From Rebecca billardiae RCC1528 (Eukaryota > Protista > Haptophyta): a DNA stretch of 64,000 nt. Numbering within the stretch: position 1 is the first letter of the stretch; each line of letters opens with the position of its first letter. The notes under the pieces were generated by a model, which saw only the letters and a list, made by a program, of their open reading frames with translations, searched no databases and was not told the DNA's origin. Location: positions 2,604,001 through 2,668,000 of the forward strand of contig OZ251229.1 of the NCBI GenBank assembly GCA_965240325.2, in the 5' to 3' direction. The translations under genes were made by a program, and so were the position numbers. Shown here in pieces: positions 11,351-22,489 of this stretch.

Positions 11351-12069
11351 GGGCGCGCGGGACCGCACGCCGCCGCCTTCACTCCGCACCTCGCTACTCC
11401 TCACCCACGTGCTGCTCTCTCCGTTTCTACGCGGCCGGCGATCGCTCAGCCGCCCGCGCCCGGCGCCAGCCAGCCAGCACGCTTCGCCGCCACATCGACC
11501 ACTTTGCCGGCGCGCGCGCCTAACGCGCGCGCTCGGACGTTCGCCACCGGCATCTTTCCCCCGCATCCATCGTCAAGCCGGGCGGACGCTGCCCGTCGGG
11601 GCCACGCACGCGCGGCTCGTCTCGGCGGCCGACCAGCGGCCCCGACGCCGGCCCGCGGCGCGCCACCTGCCGCGGCACGCAGCAATCACACGACACGGAC
11701 GACGCGCGTTGGCGTCGCCCGCACGACGCACGACGCTCGAGCCCCGCCCACATCGAGGAGCCGACGTCGCGCGTCGGCCCGGACGTGTGTCAGGGTGGCG
11801 TCGACGGCCCCGACTCGCGCCCACTACTTCGCACGCTGCCAGTGCTCATCATCGACTCGGCCATCCGATGAACGAGATCCGAACGCGCTGCCCCGTTGCC
11901 CTGTGTGTTGACGGCGACGAGCCGTGCCACGGCGGCGGCTTCATCATTCATCAATCAGTTCTTCATGCAGCGGCCGAGCAAGCTCCATCTACCGTAGCTC
12001 AGAGAGTCTGTCGTATATATATAGCAGCAGCATCATTCGGACACGGGCAGTGTCACTGTCAGTCTATTA

Positions 12070-13786
12070 TAGGGGGGCCAAAGTGGCACTGTAGCGTTAC
12101 TGACGGCCACGAGCGCGGGTCCTAGCGAGTGTTTAGAGCTGATTTCGGGCTGGATCATTTGCCCTCTGGAGGGGTCTGGGCCGGCCATGTAAAAAAATCA
12201 GGTGCACATACCCTGAATATAGGGCGTAACGGCTAGCATATTTACTTATTAGAATGAGCCTGAACTTATTGGAAACGGCATGTAACGGTCGTCCTATATG
12301 TGACATATAGACCATGTCGACCTCACTTTGTTAGAGCATCTCAGCGAGATCGTTCTGAGTCCCCAGCAGCAGCAGGTCCCAACATGCGATATAGGCTGTG
12401 TACTGGCAGGCTGTCAAATATGTAGTTTCCTAGAAGCCACCGATCGTTACATACCCACTGTGTATATAGGCGCCATGCTGATGAATACAGCCTCGTCTGA
12501 TCTCGAGCTGCGAGATACGTTTTCAGACTGTGTATACGGCCACGCGTACGGCGTATTGCAGACATATTAGACCCAAAGCACCGGCCCCACGTCCTCAGCC
12601 CGGGAGTGCTCTCGGTCATAGTCAAGGTTTAAAGTCACTCGAGCCAACCGTCACCGCTCCCTGGCCGAGACCTACGAGGCAGGTCAAATCTGTCGTCGTC
12701 GCAGTGCGGCACAGTGCCGAGCATGCGATTCGGCAGCAAACGTCTGCTCCAGGCGGTGGCTGGCGTGTCTGCACCAAACCAGGCTGGATGGGATTGGTCC
12801 ACATAGGTACGCACTACCCTGTTCCGCGCTATTTCTGGGCTTAGGGGCGGATATTCGGCCTACAGAGGCTGATCCGGCGCTGTTCGGCGCTCCTGGCTGG
12901 CTGCGCGGAGCCCAACGGCAAGCGCCGGCGTGTGCAAGGTGTCAAGATTGAGACGGTCTCTGACGCTCCCGCCGGTCTTGGGCGCACCAGGGTGCATGAG
13001 GGCCCATCTGCATCTGCTTCTGCAGGCATGAGCGTCACAGGGGCGCGCTTGCAGGCACGGTCGAGTGCACGTCGGACCTGTCGAATGAGCCAACCGCTGC
13101 CTGCGAGCACGTCCGCGACGTCCTGAGAGGCGAATGGGAGGCGCCCAGACGCCATCAGAGGGCACACGTGACCCATACCCAACGTACTGACCATCGCAAG
13201 TGCCACGGCAGGTGCAAACACGGGCCCTACAAGCGGAACATGACAGTTGCGAGCTCCGCGGAGGTGCTGTGCGCGAGCTCGCGCCGGTCTGCTGACGGCG
13301 ATTCCGGCGCAGTAGGGCAGGTTAGGCGAGCTGGGCATTCACAGACATACATGGACGATTGGTCCGAGCATCGATCTCATTGGTCCGAGTTGATCATGCG
13401 CCACAACGTGCGGTAGCGTAGCGGGCGTACGCAGCGCACCAATTCAAGCCGGCCGACGCGCGCCGCGCACGGCGCGAGGTGGCCAAGAAGCGGGTGGTGA
13501 GCCGCTGGTGGCGCAAAGGCACGGGTCAGTAGCGCCCACCAGCGTCACGCGCGCGCGCACCCGAGACCATCTCGGCGTATCATGGGACGCGAGCGCGCGG
13601 CGGTCCACTGCCTCCGGCCGCTCGTGCTGGAGCGGAACCGAGCTCTGAGCGCCCGAAGGCGTCGGAGCTCGATTTTCGAGCGGGGTCCGAGAAAAAGGCT
13701 CCGCGCCACCCTAAAAGGCCGAGGGCGGAGCGAAAATGCGACGCGACTTTGCTTTTCATTTTTAAATGGGCGGTTTGGCCCCCCTA
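12070..13786. mobile_element. Non-autonomous DNA transposon, 13-bp TIR TAGGGGGGCCAAA, 7-bp TSD TCTATTA
   Basis: TIRs at 12070-12082 and 13774-13786. TCTATTA lies at 12063-12069 and 13787-13793. No transposase is recognisable inside. Confidence 0.8.
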
Positions 13787-14283
13787 TCTATTAACCACCG
13801 CCGAAGCCGCCGCCGTCATCTGGCCGGTCAGCAGCTGAGCCTGACTGCCTGAGCCCTGCGTAGCCTGCTCACTTGCTGTCTGCTCATGCTGACTGCTGAG
13901 CTGCTGAGCCCCGGCGGCTGGCTGGCCCTCGGGGCCACTGCCGCTGTGGCCATGCAGCAGGTAATCCGCCCGAATCCGATGTTGTGTGCCGCGGCGGGGC
14001 AGCATGAAGGCGCGCCGGGGCTGCACTGCGCCAGGCAGCCCCCTCCCCATCTATCGGCAGGGCCACTGACGGCCAGCCCGCCGTCCCGGCAGTCGACCGG
14101 CGGCTCAGCCGAGGAGCCGCGCCGCGCCCGGCCTCGCAATCAGCACTCAGTGCGATGAGACATGGGCAGGCTGGTGGCTCGCGTGTCGCCCACGATGGCC
14201 TCGGCTCGTGTATGTACGCCCCGAGCGCCGCGCCGCGTTGGGCCCACAGCGACGTGCGCAGCGCCGCGGTGTGATCGGCCGAT

Positions 14284-14654
14284 TCACTTCATCAACTTCT
14301 TGATGGCGTCAATGTCCTTCTGCAGCTCGTCCAGCTTCTTCTTTGGGACCTGCACCATCGTGCCGTCGCTCTCCAATGTGTCGCGGTAGTACCACGTGAA
14401 GGCACCTGCGCGCGCGCAGGTGCCAGCGGGCCCGCAGGGCGCCGTGTCAGCCATGCTCGCGCATGGCGGACGGGCGCAAATGGTCAGGCGCACGTACCGA
14501 CGTAGACTGCGCCAATCACCATCCACGAGTCGCTGTCGAGGAGCGGGGGCGATGACTCGGCAGCCGCCTCGGTCGAGAAGCTGCGCATGGAGCCAGACGT
14601 CATCTGACGCCGCACCCCCGCACCACCGCGGCGAAAGAGTGAGGCCGCGAACAT
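14284..14654 (-). CDS. Small mitochondrial-type single-pass membrane protein; intron 14406-14497
   Basis: MFAASLFRRGG..RSFSTE presequence, TM segment WMVIGAVYVGAFTWYY, coiled tail KKLDELQKDIDAIKKLMK*. Confidence 0.7.
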
Positions 14655-14872
14655 CGCTCCCTTCCGAACGAGACGACGCCCTGCTGCTCGCAGTCGCAGC
14701 TGCACCTCTCCCGGATTCTCGCGACGAAACAGCGCGCGGAAAATGCGACGTTTTCCGCTTTTTCCCCGCATAATGATTTCCCCTCGCTGCCACTGGCTTT
14801 GCTGTTCGCTGAAAAGGCGCGTGCCTCCCGACCGAGGACCCGACCTGGTCGTGACACAGTGGACGGCGCCCG

Positions 14873-16186
14873 CTAGCGCGCGTGCAGCTTGGCTCGCATC
14901 GCCGCCGCGCCGCGTGGCCGCCTGCACCGCGCCCGGCCCTCTGCAATCAGCTCGGCGGTCGAGAGCACGCACGAGTCGAGCAGCATCGCGATTGTGAAGC
15001 CGCCGCCGATGATGGCGCACGCGGACGCGAGCAGCTCGACGGGGGCGCGCGCGCTCTCCTCGATCACGACGCCGATGGGGCTCAGCCCGTACGAGAGCAG
15101 CACGCGCGGCGCCTCCGCCCCCGCGCCGCCCGAGCCGCCGCCGGCGCCGCCGCCACCCGCCCCGCCAGCTGCGCGCAATCTCCCGCAATCTCCCAGCGGC
15201 AGCTCGCGCTCGCTCACGGCGTAATCGAACTGGTCACGGTGGAGGAGAGCGCCGTCGGGCGCGCGCACGGCCTCGGGCACGACGGTGGCGGTGTACTCGT
15301 ACGCCCGGCCGCACGCGCCGTCGGCTGCGCCCGCGTCCACGACGCGCTGCGCCCCGGCCAGCGCGCCCGCGCCACTCGCCTGCGGCGCGCCGGTCGGTGA
15401 GGCCGCGCCCGCGCCGCCAGCCGACGCAGGCGCTCGCCCAAAGGTGAGCGCGTGTACGACGTGGGTGAGGTTTGCGCCCGCGCCTCCGCTGAGGCGGAGC
15501 ACGCCGGCGGCGCGCGGGAGCTCGACGTGGCCGAACAGCGCGCACCCCGCCGACGACGCACCGCCGCTCGGCGGCTCGCCGCCACCGGACGACAGCTGGC
15601 GGGCCGTGCCATCGGCTGCGACGGCGTGGGAGGTCAGCCCTCTGCACAGCGGCGCGCGCTTCCACGCGCCGAAGAGGCCGTGCGCGTGGTGGGCCGCGCG
15701 CACATCGGCGCACGTGTTGCAGCACGCGCTGCCCGCGCGTGAGCTCGCGGCCTCCGCCGCGTCCTGCTCCCCTGTGATCGCGAAGCAGCGGCCACACGGG
15801 ACGCCGCCGACGGCTCGCCTCGCCGCGCGCGCCTCAGGGCCAGAGGCGGCAAGCGGCGCGACGTAGAGCGCCCAGCTCGCAGCCGCCTGCCGGGCGCCAA
15901 AGTGATCAAGCGCTTCGAGCTCGACGGCGTCGCACGCTAGGGCGGGCAGGGATATGTTCAGCTGCACGCGCATGCGCCCGCCGGGCGGCGTCGTGTCGAC
16001 ATCCATGGTCACGTGTCGACGCGGCGGCTCGAGCACGAAGGCTCGGATGTCGGCGAGCAGCAGCGCGCCGATCACGACGCACGCAACGATCGAGATGAGC
16101 CCACCGCCACGCGTGCGCTCGAGGAACTCGTCCAGCGTCTTCGGGTACGCGTCGAGCGAGCGGCACCACAGCGCGCAGGCGGCCAT
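14873..16186 (-). CDS. ER-Golgi vesicle protein, ERGIC3/Erv46 family
   Basis: SLDAYPKT..RTRGGGLIS, LNISLPALAC, CCNTCADVR, GC, NLTHVVHALTFG, YGLSPIGV, CAIIGGGFTIA. Confidence 0.92.
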   Translation of the reverse strand: MAACALWCRSLDAYPKTLDEFLERTRGGGLISIVACVVIGALLLADIRAFVLEPPRRHVTMDVDTTPPGGRMRVQLNISLPALACDAVELEALDHFGARQAAASWALYVAPLAASGPEARAARRAVGGVPCGRCFAITGEQDAAEAASSRAGSACCNTCADVRAAHHAHGLFGAWKRAPLCRGLTSHAVAADGTARQLSSGGGEPPSGGASSAGCALFGHVELPRAAGVLRLSGGAGANLTHVVHALTFGRAPASAGGAGAASPTGAPQASGAGALAGAQRVVDAGAADGACGRAYEYTATVVPEAVRAPDGALLHRDQFDYAVSERELPLGDCGRLRAAGGAGGGGAGGGSGGAGAEAPRVLLSYGLSPIGVVIEESARAPVELLASACAIIGGGFTIAMLLDSCVLSTAELIAEGRARCRRPRGAAAMRAKLHAR

Positions 16187-16947
16187 GCTGCCGCCATGCG
16201 CGCCGCCGGCTCCGGCCAGCGAGCGGCCATCCGGCCAACTTATCATTGGGCAACTGGGGCAGCGGGCCGTGGCCAAGGACTCGGCACCACCCACTCTGAG
16301 AGCCAGAGAGCGTCAGACTCAGGCTGAGTGCGTATGTAGCAGGGCAGAATCATGCCACGGCTACGTATTACGAGTGCGGGTGTGCGAAGGCAGTGCTAGT
16401 GTTGCCACCAGTGCTCGTACGATACGGACACTCCTGGGCAACCGGGTCGGCTGACTCTAGCCGTCGTCGCGGTGCGTGAAGCCGGAGGGCGTACAACCGC
16501 CGCCGTCGTTGACAACAGCACGCGCAAGAGCCGCTGCCACACCTATTCGAGGTCGCGCGCATGACAGTCCGGGGCGCCCAGCCGGGTTGCGATGTCATGC
16601 ACATGCGCCCCGCAAGGCATGAGGGAGCACGTCGACCCGCATCTGTATGCCCAGATTTGGCCGAAGCCCGAGCCGCGAAGCCGCCGCCGGCAAAAAGCGG
16701 GACTTGAGATGATCAATCAACTCATCAAGTTATGCTCACTTTTGTACATGGGCAGTTCCAATCGATCCGAAATAGCCAATAATAATCGAGAGCCGAACAC
16801 GTGAATCGTTCTCCACGAACCACTGCCGCGCGGGCAGCCGCCGCTTCCACGTGCTCAGCAAAGGTGCAACAGCATCTCGGCTGTCGAGGGGCGCAGTCAA
16901 ACTCGAGCCAGGCCTCGCACCCGTGGCCAGTGGTGCCGCCGAGCGCG

Positions 16948-17347
16948 ATGCCCACGGAGAGCAAAATCGAGAAGCGCGACCTCGACGCCGTGCCCTCGTC
17001 GTTCGCCGACTTTGCCCTCCGTGATGGATTGTGCGCGCCTGCCGAGTGCGGCGCGCCCCTCGCCCTCTGCGCAACTGGCAGCACGCTCACCGAACCTGTT
17101 GCCTCCGCTGCGCGCCCTGGCGCCCACCAGCTGCCCAGGGCAGATTGGGGAGATGGCGGTGGTGCACGATGCGTTGCATCTCTCTTCCGACAGCAACACG
17201 TGCATGCAGATCTGCCTGCCAGCCGCGCTGCGGTCGGCGCCGATCTCCGGCGTCTCCTTTGGCTCGACGTGCTACGACCTCGGGTTCAGCGACTACGCGG
17301 GCCACGACAGGAGAGATGGCGTGGAGTACCTGACGTGGTTGAGGTGA
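16948..17347 (+). CDS. Small hypothetical Cys-containing protein (probable intron about 17031-17130)
   Basis: MPTESKIEKRDLD..DG joined through GTGCGC..CCAG to CPGQIGEMAVV..CMQICLP..TCYDLGFSDY..LTWLR*. Codon usage looks coding. Confidence 0.45.
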
Positions 17348-17909
17348 ACGTGTCGCACGCGTATGACCGCACGCTGCCACGCTCGCAGGGCCCTCGCCTC
17401 CCGGATGCTTCGTGCCAGGCGGACCACGCTGTCGATGTCGGCACGTCCGAGTGCGCTGCCACAGTGGACGCCAGCGCCGCCCAGCGCAGCTGCGCTGCTG
17501 CGTCATTGTCGCGTCGGACTGGATCAGGTCACCCGGTGGGGCTTGCGCGTACACACCTGTTGCACTACATGTACACTTCTGATTCTGACTCTGGAGCATG
17601 ATAATCCTTCGCAGGCTAGTACATGTGCCTAGGGAGAGTAGGTAGCTGCGGCTAGCTGTTCTGCGCCGGCGCGGGACGGCCCGCATCACGATCTCGTCAC
17701 GCGCAGCATTTCTTCCTCGAAAAAAAGAAGATGCTGCCGATTCTCAAGTTCCCGGTGGTTGACTGGTTGCTCAGTGGCAGGCTGGCAGCAGAGCCGGACA
17801 TTGTACATCGGTTCTGGCCGGATCGCCGCTTGAAAGCCGCCACTTTGCGCACTGGCGGACTGGCCACTGGCGCAGCGGCTGCCCAACGGCCTTCGTCGAG
17901 GCCTACGCG

Positions 17910-20900
17910 ATGGCGCACACCGCCCCCGCCACGAGCGCCGGCGTGACGTACCACCTGCAGCGCACGCGCGAGCCGTCGGGGGCAAAGTGCGCGCGCGCAC
18001 TGTGGGATCCGAACGCCGCGGAAGCGCTCGCCCTCGTCTGTGCGCATGGCGAGCTCACCTACCGCGACGTGCGCGCGCGGACGGCGGAGCACTATGAGCT
18101 GATCGCGTTCGAGCACGGCAGCGCGACCACTGTCCGCGTCGAGCGGGCGTGGTCGACGGCGTGCTTCGTGCCTGGGGCGCCGGCGCGGCTTCTCTTCTCC
18201 CTCCTCCACTCCTCGCGCGTGCTCAGCCTGGACTTGCCCACGGGCCAGGCCTCGGTCGCGCGCGTGCCGATCATCCCGCTCGCTGTCGCGTTTCATCAGA
18301 GCGCCATTTGCGCGCTCGCAAGCTGCGGTGGGTGACTCCTCCCCCCCGTCACGGGCGCGCGTCCGTGTGCGCGCCGTACTGCGCGACCTCGCCCTCGACG
18401 CTCACCCGTGCCCCGCCACCCCGACCCTGCGCACGCCGCAAAATCGTGACGCGGCCACGCGCTGGCTCGTTGCTTTGCGCGTGCGCGCGCTCGCACCGCC
18501 GCGCTGGCCTGTGGCGCAGGTGAGTACGTGGCCGTGGGGTACGAGGATGGCTCGGTGGGGTACTGGCAGCTGCCGCCGCCCGCGGGCGGCGCCGCCGGCG
18601 TGCGGCCGCCCGCGGCCATCTCGCTCAAGCGGCACGCGCACGCGCGGCCGGTAATCGCGGCCTCGAGCATGCACATTCACTCCGCGGACTTTCGACTGGC
18701 TGTGATCGCGAGCGGCTCGACGGACGGCGCGGTGCGGCTGTGGGACGCTGTGTCGGGGGAGGCGCTCGTGGCGTTCGCGGGGCGCGACGCGCTCGCGCCG
18801 ACGATCCGGACCGCGCTCCTACCGCCGCCGGGTGCGCTCTCGGCGAGCCTTGCCGCCGCGATCGCCGCCGCAGCCGCGCCCGAAGTCGGTGCGGGCGGCG
18901 CCGCCTCGCAGTTTGGCGAGGTCGCGATTCTGACCGCCCTGCAGTCCGGCTCGGTCGGCGTGGCGACGCTGCGTGAGGGCACGGGCGGCCTGCACACGCA
19001 CCAGGCGCTCGTGCCGCCGCCGCCGAGCATGCCCACGCCAGTCCGGGTCGTCGACATCGCCGTAAGTCCGGACGGGCGTTACGGCGCCGTGATCTTCGCG
19101 TCCCGGGCGGCTCGGCTTCGCGAGGGGGTGGAGGAGGAGGAGGCTGAGGCGGAGGCGCACGGCGCGGGCGCGGAGGAGGAGGTGCCCGTGGACCAGCGCG
19201 TGCGCGTGTTCGCGCTCGCGGACCTCGGCCGCTTCCACACCGTGCGCATGCCCGCCACGCTCGACGAGCCTGTTGCAGGCATCTCGCTTGTGCCTGCGGC
19301 TGCGCCGGCCGCGGCGCACCCGCCTGCGTCTGCGCCGGCCGCGCACCCTCACGCGGGCGCGTGCGAGCTGCGTGTGTGCACGAGCCGCGCGCGTGTCGCT
19401 CGCTGGGCGGTGAGCCAGCGCGCGGGCGAGCTGGTGGTGACGCCGCTGGTCGAGCGCACTGCGCACCCGGCGCCGGCGAGCCCGACTGGCGCGCTCGCCG
19501 CGGCCGCGTCTGCCTCCCACTGTGGTGCGGGTGCGGCCGCGGCGGGTCCGGCGACGATCGCCCTGATTCCGACAAGTGACGGGGCTGCGGACGTCTCGCT
19601 GCGGCACGACGCGGCGCATCGGCACGGCGCGGCGCCGCCGCTCCGCGCCCCGCCGACGCCGAGCGCGCCGTCGCCCGGCGTGCTGCGCTCGCCCTACAGT
19701 CGCGAGAGTGCGCACGGCTCGCCCGCACGCGCGGCGGCTGGCGCGTGGCGTGGCGAGGCCGGCGACGCACTGGGTGCGGCGCTGCGCACGTCGCCGCCGC
19801 CCTCTCGCGCTGGAGCTTCCGCGTCGCCGGCGCGCTCGTTCGAGCCCTCGCCGCGCGCGTCGACCGCCCGCGCGGCCGCGCACGCCACGGCGAGTGCCTG
19901 TGCGGCGCACGGCGCAGGTAGCACCGCCGCCAACACCCCGCGCGGCGGTTACGGATACGGTTACGGATACGGTTACGCGCCCTCCTCGCCCGGGCGCGCG
20001 CCCACCACGACGACCAACAGCCCGCCGCGCGGCCACGGCCCGCCCAGCCTGCCCTCGACCGCCACCTCGCCGCTCCGCCAGCCGGCAGCGGCGGCGGCGC
20101 CGCCACCGCAGGCGTGCGCCCGAGCCGACGGCTGGGTGGCTGGCGCCGGTGGCGGCGGCGGCGCCGAAGTCATCGCCGGCGGCGGCCGCCGCGAGACGAC
20201 GAGCCTGGCGAGCTCCGCGGCGCTCGCGGCCGCGACGGCGCGCTCTCACGCGTACCGTCCGAGCGGCGCGTCAAGCCAGGCCGCCGCGCCGCCGTGGGCG
20301 GACGCGCCGAACGCGCTGGCCGTGCCGGCCGCGCACTCGATGGCTCGGCTCGAAGCCGAGCTGGCGGATTTGCATGCCGCGCTCGGGGCGGGCTCGGAGT
20401 CGGCGCCGGCGCGCGCGGGCGGGTTTGCCTACGGCGCGAGCGGCGCGCTCGGTGCCTACTCCGACGGCGCTGCCCCGCTGAGCGCGAACGCGGAGGGCGA
20501 GGAGGAGGGCGCGCTCGGCGGCGGCGCCGGCGCACCTCTGTCTGCCAAGGTGGGTAGGGTCGCCCGCGACGCGCGTCTGCGGCGCGTGCCACGGCGGAGC
20601 GGCCGCGCCGCCCGCCGCGCTCGGAGCGCTCGGAGCGGCGCACGCGCTGACCACGCACGAGCCTGCGCGCCCGCCGACCCCCTTGCGCTCGCTGCTCCGT
20701 GCGGCGCGCGCAACGATCGCGCGCGCATTCGGCTGCCTACGTCCCGTGCGCACGCGCGCAGGTTCTCAACATGGGGAGCGGCGCGCGCCGGTTCGGCACG
20801 GTGCCTGCACTCACCGAGCCGCGGCCGGAGGATTTCGCGACGCCAATCGCCGACCCGCACGCGCCGCCCGCGCTCAGCACGGCGCGCGCCGCCGACGCGC

Positions 20901-21229
20901 TGCTGCGCGTCATGTACTCGGCCGACCGCGAGCTGGAGGTGCGCGCCGCGACGGCGGGGGCTGCGCCGTGCGGCGCACGCGGCCGCGCGCGCGCGACGGA
21001 GCGCGCCGTGCGCCGTGCCGACACGCGCTTCTCCCGCGCGCGCCGCGCGCCGGCGGCTGCGCAGGTGCGCTCGGTGGAGGCGGTGCCAGAGGAGCCCTGG
21101 CTGATGAGCGTCCCCGCGTCGCACCACGTGCTGCTGGGCCACTCGCTCAACCTGCTCAGCTCGGGCGACGTGGCGGCACACTTTGACCTGGCACGCGCGC
21201 CGTCCTTCCAGCAGCATGCGATTCTCTGA
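17910..21229 (+). CDS. WD40-repeat protein with long low-complexity region; introns about 18328-18519, 20550-20761, 20939-21064
   Basis: YVAVGYEDGSVGYWQL, IASGSTDGAVRLWDA, DIAVSPDGRY. Three GT-AG introns give a continuous frame to TGA at 21229. Confidence 0.75.
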
Positions 21230-21793
21230 CGTCCGACTCCGAGCGAGCTCGTCTACTTAGAGCTGACGAGCGTATCAGCTCGTGCGGGCGCCGCGCCCGG
21301 CTCGCCCGGCGCCCGCAGCCGCCGCAGCGGTCGAACTCAGAGTGGCACTGCGGCCTGATCAGCCGGCACTCAGCCCGTGATGTCCATGTCGTCTGCCGCC
21401 GTGATGGCCTGATCGGCCCGCGGCGGCGGCCCCGCCGCCCGCGCCGCCGGCCCGCGCTGACGGGCCGCGCGTTGACGTCGTGACGATGCGGCCCGTGACG
21501 GCGTGATCGGTACCGAGTAGTGATGACGACGATACTGATGACGACGGCGCGCCGCTCGTCGAACGACGATCATATCCGCCAGGACTAGCTCATCAATATC
21601 ACTGTTATGACGAATCAGATTGATGCGCGAAGTCTGAGAGCTAGTGCTGAGAAGTGGCACGCGCTCCGGGCTCAGCCTCGTCGGTCACACTCGATCACAC
21701 TATTCACAGTGCGTCAGTGGCGGCCGGCACTTAAAGTCGACACTGCTGCCTGCTCGTCGTTGCGGACTGCGACTTTGAGCGCAGCGGCAACAG

Positions 21794-22489
21794 CTACGAG
21801 TGCCCCCCAATCCACACATTCGCCTCGCTGAGGCTCATCCCCGAGCCCACTTCGATCGACACGTTGCCCCACGTCTGGCCAGAGTTGGCCCCGATGAGGG
21901 GCTTGTGTGTGCTCCACGCGACTCGATCCGCCTGGGGGCAGGGGCGGCGGGCGGCGAGCCACGTGGTCAGCGGCGGTCGGCGGGTCACGTGGGTGCTGAC
22001 GCCGCTGCACAGCCACAACTGCCTCACGGCGCTCGCCCGGGCGAGCTGCGCGCACCCCACTGCCATAGATCACCTGCGGCGATGGCGCGCGGCGGTCCGC
22101 CAGGAGCAGCAGGGGCGCAAGCCGGAGCAGCAATCAGCCTTGGGCGCAGCCGGCGGCAATTGGCGGCGCGCGAGGGTTCGCACCTTGCACGCGGTGTAGG
22201 CACCACCCTCTATGGTCTGGTAGAGCGTGCCGCCCGTCATCTTGCCGCTCTTAGCGCCGATGGTCTGGCTGGGCATCATTGAGAAGAACGAGGACTGATT
22301 GTCGTCCGTGCAGCTGTCGTCGTCCGGTGAGGGCGACAAGAGGGTCCACTCGTCGCCGGTGTTGTTGATCACAGCCACGTCTGTGACCGCGGAGCCCGCC
22401 TCGTGCGCCCCGTACCACCACTCGTTGGCGAGGTCCGGAGGGACCTCGAGGCCGATCGCCATCGCCAGGTCGGCAAGCGGCCCCGACAT
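21794..22489 (-). CDS. About 153-aa beta-sandwich protein, aegerolysin/Cry34(ET79)-like; exons 22489-22184, 22073-22056, 21931-21794
   Basis: VAVINNTGDEWTL..MPSQTIGAK..KVIYG..VAWSTHKPLIGANS. Both introns are phase 0. The family call rests on motif spacing only. Confidence 0.5.
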
